Source: Paraphysomonas bandaiensis
Taxonomy: Eukaryota; Protista; Chrysophyceae
DNA: 14,116 nt
Direction: 5' to 3'
Assembly (NCBI GenBank): GCA_965644295.1
Contig: CBFFRP010000084.1
Coordinates: 1-14,116, forward strand
The notes below the pieces were generated by a model. The model was not told the origin of the DNA and made no database searches. It saw only the letters and a program-made list of their open reading frames with translations. Shown here piece after piece: positions 9,801 through 14,116 of the stretch (position 1 is its first letter; each line of letters opens with the position of its first letter). A program made the translations under genes and the position numbers.

Positions 9801-11983
9801 TTCGAGACATGCTCGCTCGAATCGCTGAGTATCCTGATGCTGAAGAATCACTTACCAAATTTAATATGAAAAAGTTCTGGTATGTTTCGTTTTCTCCGTT
9901 TATATTCTTCTAATTATTTTGCAGTTTTATATATATGGATTCTAATACGAAGAAGTTTGGTTCATACGGTAGCATGGTTACTGCATGGGATTGTGGAATA
10001 TCATTTCTATCTCTATGTCACCGGTATCCATCTTTGGGTACAAAGATCAATCATGGCCGATTCAGGATGAATGGTGGCTGCGGATACGTACTGAAGCCCA
10101 TAAGACTTCGCACTCCGAGAGAACATCTGCCGTCAATGCCATATATATTGACCTTGCATGTTATCAGTGGCCGGGAGCTTCCCGTGTTTTCTTCGAAGAA
10201 GTCTAACATGACACAAGTTCACGAAACTCCTACCAAGATGATGTCCAATCCGCTCCTGCACAGTAAATCTAGACCTTTTGATTCAGAGGATGGAAAGTTT
10301 AGCGATGACGAAAGCCACCCACTACGTAACGTACGTGAAGCTGAGGTAGGATAAGTAATCGTGAGGGAGTATCCTATTGTAACATTACGTAACAGCTTGG
10401 GTCACACGGTCGTCACCACAAAGCCAAAAGTAAAGGATTCTACGTTGCCCTTGACCTCAACGGAACGCCCTGCGAGGAGGTTCAGCAAAAGACGAGGTGC
10501 ATTAAGAAGCATGGAAGAAATCCTTTTTGGAATGAGGTATAACAGTGACTCACATCCTGGCCAGCCTAATTTTTGTATGCAGGTTTTTTCTTTTGCATTG
10601 AAAGATACAACTCAGGGACAGCTAACGTTGAGGATATTTTCACATGACGAGTGCACTGCTTTTGTATCTATACCGTTATCATGCCTTCGTCAGGGATATA
10701 GAAATCTGACTCTATTCGAAGAACCAGAAGATAACAATTTTGTCATCCGAAAGCTTCCGCTGTCTGGACTTTTTGTCCGAGTGAAATTTGACACTGCTGC
10801 TGACTTTAACACCATTCAACAGGCCGACCTTCCTGCCACTCACACGGCGATTGAAAACCTTAAGGTTTTAGAGGATTGCCAGCGGTCAGATATGCCTGAA
10901 GTGGATGTAGCACATCGTGGACCACAACGAACGCCGCTGAAAGATCTTGAGGCGCCAGATTCTGTAGATCCTAGAGAGAGCTCTCCAAGGGGCCGGTCCT
11001 CGTCTCAGAAAGATGTGCGAGATATGTCAGGAGAGAAGAAAAAGGACTACTCATCCCGAGGACAATTGAGTTTTGATTCTGCTCCAGGCCTGACGAGTGG
11101 AACCAACCTGTCCCCTGAACGGAGTGATAAGCGCGTCCACCGCTCTTCTTCTCGCCACCGAGATAGAGAGCATGACCGTCACCGTAGCTCCAGTCGCGAT
11201 TTACATAGGCGAAGCAGTAGTCACCATGACGACGATCGTCGCCACAGGCGCTCTAGCCGAGATCTTCACCGTAGGAGTAGCAGCGGTCACCACCGTAGCA
11301 GTCGGGACTTGCATAGACGCAGCAGTAGTGGAGTACATGATCATCGCAGCAGTCGAGATTTGCATAGAAGGAGCAGCAGCGGTCATCACCGTCATCACCG
11401 GAGTTCTAGTCAAGACTTACATCGGCGTAGTAGTCATGATGAGTACAGAAGAAGCAGCAGCCATCGGGATGATTACGACAGAGATCGAGATCGGAGGCGT
11501 TCATCTGTGCACCGGCAAGAAAGCTCATCTTCTCGCCATCACCGAAGTAGTCGACGCAACAATGTTAGACGATACGATGATCGGTACCGACGCGTAAGTA
11601 GTTTGCAATCCGTGGATGAGAATGAGATGGAAGAGATAATTGAAACGATAGCGAACTCTCAGAAGCAGTCAGCTGTCACACAAAGTGGTGAAAATATTCA
11701 CCCCCCTGATGAGGAAGATTTGCCTCATTTCCAAGAAGAAGATACAGCGGAGTTCGAAAATGAGGATGAAAACGAGAGGCTTCCCAGTTATTCTTCTGCG
11801 GTAAACATGAAGCAAATGTACCTAGAAGAACTCCAGGAGACCACTCATAAGTCTGAAGCTGAGGACAATGGCGATATGTCACCGGCCAATCGAATTATTA
11901 AGGATGTGATATACGAAAGTGACGAACAAGTCGAAAATGCGGAAGTAGATGATGATTATGAAACGTGGAGATCGCCGGTGTAA
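3864..11983 (+). CDS. Myosin motor / PI-phospholipase C-like fusion protein, about 2607 aa; predicted exons 3864-8034, 8095-8542, 8591-9159, 9207-9879, 9925-10345, 10396-10536, 10583-11983
   Basis: Five consecutive + strand ORFs join through six GT-AG introns of 45-60 nt. The spliced length is 7824 nt (2608 codons including stop), and every junction keeps the frame. Most junctions restore a PLC motif: KDCK-VDLRLV, RRR-PDLEII, VTFK-DTILFIQRVAFAYTQYPLIL, KKF-CFIY, NPFWNE-VFSF. Myosin motifs (GESGAGKS, SSRF, DFTGFE, CIKPN) lie in exon 1. Confidence 0.93.
6867..7092 (+). other. Three IQ (calmodulin/light-chain binding) motifs, myosin neck
   Basis: AAIRMQCLIRCYIAK, TVIKVQSIVRGFLSR and KVIKIQAVWRGSYIR match IQxxxRGxxxR/K (the first has C at the G position). 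Confidence 0.9.
7518..7604 (+). other. Short coiled coil within the low-complexity linker between neck and PLC module
   Basis: HQAKIRELQATIEALEAENSRLKRKLKAE shows heptad-spaced I/L residues. Confidence 0.75.
7884..8290 (+). other. PLC-type PH domain (interrupted by intron 8035-8094)
   Basis: FYKFGRNGSVRKTLVMITPDFQYLQW, VDLRLVWRLVAGQSTPPF, SFSLVY..RSLDLCA...YEDWFAGLRYI. These resemble the PLC PH consensus I..I..IR.G..T, FSI.Y, LDL.A and W..GL..L. Confidence 0.9.
8035..8094 (+). other. Spliceosomal intron 1 (60 nt, in-frame, no stop codon)
   Basis: AAG|GTGGTT donor, CACTAAC branch site at 8069-8075, TGCAG acceptor. Removal deletes a 20-aa hydrophobic insert from the PH domain. Confidence 0.85.
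8334..8880 (+). other. PLC-type EF-hand array
   Basis: LLRKKWNFLDTKHHGFLSRREVIQLVSNL; ITFSQFDSLVYQLRRRPDLEII after splicing (the PLC R-P-E/D-L/I signature); FKQFWKLSQG; LSYNGFMNIMTSHKNDGFDP (compare LS.DGF..YL.S..N..F.P preceding the X domain). Confidence 0.85.
8543..8590 (+). other. Spliceosomal intron 2 (48 nt)
   Basis: GTGAGT donor (contains the apparent TGA stop of the 1560-aa ORF), CTAAT branch at 8574-8578, CCTGTAG acceptor. The frame is preserved. Confidence 0.93.
8910..9420 (+). other. PI-PLC X domain, catalytically degenerate
   Basis: DMSHPLQHYYISTS, LLDDQL, YATAIEQGCRALEL, FKDTI..I.RVAF..TQYPLILMIEVSC...QQKRAARLLKKVFGD, LPSPNELRNRVI. These follow the X-box consensus in order. Confidence 0.93.
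9160..9206 (+). other. Spliceosomal intron 3 (47 nt)
   Basis: AAG|GTTTGT donor and TTTATCAG acceptor. It resolves the frame change between ORFs 8559 and 9257 and restores FKD..I...AF...YP.IL. Confidence 0.92.
9737..10099 (+). other. PI-PLC Y domain, degenerate
   Basis: IHPNLMRLLHY, LTKFNMKKFCFIY, AWDCGISFLSL, INHGRFRMNGGCGYVLKP. The last is a near-canonical Y-box end (N.G.F..NG.CGYVLKP). Confidence 0.93.
9880..9924 (+). other. Spliceosomal intron 4 (45 nt)
   Basis: GTATGT donor, TTCTAAT branch at 9908-9914, TTTTGCAG acceptor. It is T-rich and removes an in-frame TAA. Confidence 0.93.
10346..10395 (+). other. Spliceosomal intron 5 (50 nt)
   Basis: GAG|GTAGGA donor and AACAG acceptor. It removes the TAA at 10352-10354 and enters the frame encoding the C2 core. 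Confidence 0.85.
10537..10582 (+). other. Spliceosomal intron 6 (46 nt)
   Basis: GAG|GTATAA donor, CCTAAT branch at 10565-10570, TGCAG acceptor. It joins NPFWNE to VFSF. Confidence 0.92.
11189..11434 (+). repeat. Coding tandem repeat, 5 x SS[R/Q]DLHRRSS, in an Arg/Ser/His-rich tail
   Basis: Five near-identical peptide copies separated by short His-rich spacers in the last exon. The surrounding sequence (about 11130-11600) is R/S/H/D low complexity and is followed by an acidic C-terminus. Confidence 0.92.
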
Positions 11984-12501
11984 TTGGCTATCTTCATGGT
12001 AGTGCCATATAAAATTCCGCGTATTTTTTGAGGATAACTCATTCATATTTACTGACGCTGGAATAATATGTAGTTGTAGATTAGTCACGTGAAATCAGTT
12101 GTTGTATATGCAACATATTAACACATTGTTGTAATTGTTTTTGCGATGGGTATGTATTGAGTTCATGAGCTCAATTTTATATATGAGTGTATGCATTGTA
12201 CTCACGTTGCAGTTAATTGAAATTATTGATGAAGCTGGACAATCGTGTAGCGCGGTAACGCCCTCTCAATATAGTAAGAAGTAGCGTTAATAAGGAGTAT
12301 GCATGTTTCTTCAATAATTAGGTGCATTTTATGAATCAGGCCACACAAGAAATTGACTAAAAGATATAGGATCGTGCCTATCAAAGATCGTTTTGATTGG
12401 TAGTTGAGAGAATACATGTCAGGTATATCTTGTTTGCTCACTGCGCTTGCTTTGAGCGAAAGTGGTTGCACCTTGGTGCTTGTGGTGACACAAGCAGCTT
12501 T

Positions 12502-12578
12502 CGTAGCGTTAAGTAGTAGGGTGTCAGAGCTAAGTACTGACTCTTAAACGGCTATTGCTAATATAAGACATCACTACT
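12502..12578 (+). repeat. Dispersed direct repeat, copy B (pairs with 1138-1216)
   Basis: cgtagcgttaagtagtagggtgtcagagctaagtactgactcttaaacggctattgctaatataagacatcactact aligns to copy A at about 84% identity. Confidence 0.85.
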
Positions 12579-13167
12579 AATTATACTAATTGATTACTGT
12601 GTGAGTTCAAGTTCAGTTACTCAAGTTATTTTACTATCTTAATATGTTGTATGTTGCCACCCCCGTATAGCGTATAGGGGAGGTTGAAGAGGTTGGCTGT
12701 CATTGAAGTGAGAGCTTGGCTGGATAGTATACAGTATACAGCTGTTTACTGCACTATACAGTTATACAGTTGCCCCCCCGAGATATAGCACATAGCACTG
12801 ATTCTACCACCCGCCTACCCGGGAACCAATGTAGTTGACATATAGATCACGCGCAGATTCTGTTGCCGCCCCACCCGTGTTCACCTTTGCTAAGATTACG
12901 CGGGATTTCTCAAAACTATGCATTATTTTTATATGTAATTCGCACAGATTCTAGTAGAACCATGTGTACCTTCCTATTACGTAACAAAGATTACACGAAG
13001 CTTCTCGTGACCATGCACGGCTCAGTATACTAAGTCTAGTGTGGCATTGGCCGCCCCCTCTCTTCCCCTAGAATGGGCGGAGTTTCTCGTATTCCCATAA
13101 AGGCTATGAAAGTATAGTGTGATCTAGCAAGAACTTGCTTGGTGCCGACACACAAAGAATACTCTGA

Positions 13168-13810
13168 GATCGACGGCCGCATCGCACGAGCCCCCTGCTC
13201 ACGGATGTCCAATCCCTCCGCAGTCAACGGACGCTGGAGGCATACACTGCCATCAGAGACCAACGCTACGGTCACAATCCCGACCGGGCACCTGGGTATT
13301 GGACGGACAGTGGGACACTACTTCCGCGCAAACTGGCACAAGCAGATAGTGGTCCCTCAAAGGATAAAGATAGCTCCTACCTACGCCAGCGAGTACTCAA
13401 TGCAGCATTGACATGGGACAAATCTTTCAGCATAGGGAGAAACCGGGCTAAAACCAAACACGGACTCGACCTGGCCAAAGCCGCATGTTCTGACTGCGGA
13501 TTTCGGCTAGACTCACTCAAGCACATGTGTCTAGACTGTACAAATGACGCCATCACGCAGATAAGAGAGTCTGCATTTCACAGCCACAAAAACGCGCTTC
13601 AAGAATTACTGAGAAATCCGGTCCTACCCCACTGGACCACCACCGCACTACAGCGGCTCTCCAGCAGGGCCTGGAACCCCTCCGTTTCACAGGTGGAGAG
13701 ATTTTGGACAGGTACCATCACCACTGCACAACTCGAGACGGTTTTTGGAGATCACATCCATGAGTCCCTGACACCCCAAGGACTGCGCAACATTGAATCA
13801 GCTTGCTTCT
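13168..13810 (+). mobile_element. Probable truncated non-LTR retrotransposon (LINE-like) ORF fragment with a C-terminal CCHC zinc knuckle
   Basis: The frame of ORF 13408 is open from 13168 (after TGA 13165-13167) to 13851. CSDCGFRLDSLKHMCLDC at 13486-13539 is C-x2-C-x8-H-x4-C with the D/E-S/T-x2-H signature found after RT in non-LTR elements. The segment is visibly C/GC-rich against AT-rich flanks, with an abrupt edge near 13810. No RT or endonuclease motif is present. Confidence 0.55.
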
Positions 13811-14116
13811 ACGGGTATCTGTTAGCTGCTATAAACACATATATACTTTAGTATTGTTACAATCATATGACTGTATATATGAGTATATTCACAGTCAGAG
13901 TATATATCATTTATATAATCACCTCAATAATGAAATGAATCTCTGAGCTTCTCAATTATGTGGATATTGAATTTACGTAATGATTATGAGAATCTCAAAA
14001 CGTTTGTCAGGCAACAAGTATTTTGAATTTATTACTATGCATTAATAGGGGTTGTTAACAATGGACATTTCACTGAAGTTAACTTTGCTCTACGCGTAAA
14101 CCGTAACCTTACTGTT

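Larger units (their letters stand above)
10145..10789 (+). other. PLC-type C2 domain spread over three exons
   Basis: LTLHVISGRELP; FYVALDLNGTPCEEVQQKTRCIKKHGRNPFWNE (exon 10396-10536, in a frame absent from the ORF track); VFSF; SIPLSCLRQGYRNLTL; SGLFVRV. Confidence 0.92.

Noticed and set aside
8546-10361. Reading ORFs 3864, 8559, 9257, 9935 and 10361 as separate genes, or as a frameshifted pseudogene
   Set aside because: Every stop and frame change falls inside a 45-50 nt GT-AG intron, and splicing restores continuous PLC motifs.
10361-10582. First 74 aa of the 540-aa ORF
   Set aside because: It consists of intron sequence plus the wrong frame of the C2 exon.
11097-11597. 166-aa V/A/T/I-rich ORF on + and the 70-aa antisense ORF 11201-11413
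   Set aside because: These are alternative-frame shadows of the R/S/H repeat. The substitution pattern is silent in the main frame.
3918-12088. Short nested or antisense ORFs (3918, 5060, 5522, 5819, 5905, 6158, 6904, 7750, 7976, 8122, 9543, 9612, 9882, 9985, 11676, 11879)
   Set aside because: They overlap a well-supported CDS and contain no recognisable motifs.
12223-12471. 82-aa - strand ORF as a functional gene
   Set aside because: It has a GTG start, no recognisable domain and an in-frame stop shortly upstream. At most it is a remnant tied to repeat copy B.
12661-12680. Hairpin ccccgtatagcgtatagggg as a Helitron end or terminator
   Set aside because: The stem is short and imperfect, with no CTRR end at the expected distance and no supporting element.
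13036-13411. ORFs 13139-13411 (+) and 13036-13275 (-)
   Set aside because: They are shadows of the longer open frame that starts at 13168.
1-14116. Prokaryotic features (operon, CRISPR array, IS element) and rRNA/tRNA genes
   Set aside because: Spliceosomal introns and myosin indicate a eukaryote. No repeat-spacer array or structural RNA signature was seen.

Overview
This is eukaryotic genomic DNA, probably from a protist with very short (45-66 nt) GT-AG introns; the lineage is not determinable here. The window is dominated by one large spliced + strand gene (3864..11983, 7 predicted exons, about 2607 aa). It joins a myosin head (SH3-like N-terminus, motor, 3 IQ motifs, short coiled coil) to a complete phosphoinositide phospholipase C (PI-PLC) module (PH, EF-hands, X, Y, C2), followed by an Arg/Ser/His-rich repeat tail. 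Myosin, PH and the first EF-hands lie in one uninterrupted reading frame, so the fusion does not depend on splice prediction. The PLC barrel lacks most catalytic residues and looks like a pseudoenzyme, while the motor keeps its core ATPase motifs but is divergent. A small spliced gene of unknown function sits head-to-head on the - strand (3066..1974). The flanks hold a degraded coding remnant (492..1190), a diverged direct repeat of about 80 bp (1138..1216 and 12502..12578) and a probable non-LTR retrotransposon fragment with a CCHC zinc knuckle (about 13168..13810). All domain calls come from motif recognition by eye; no database search was run.
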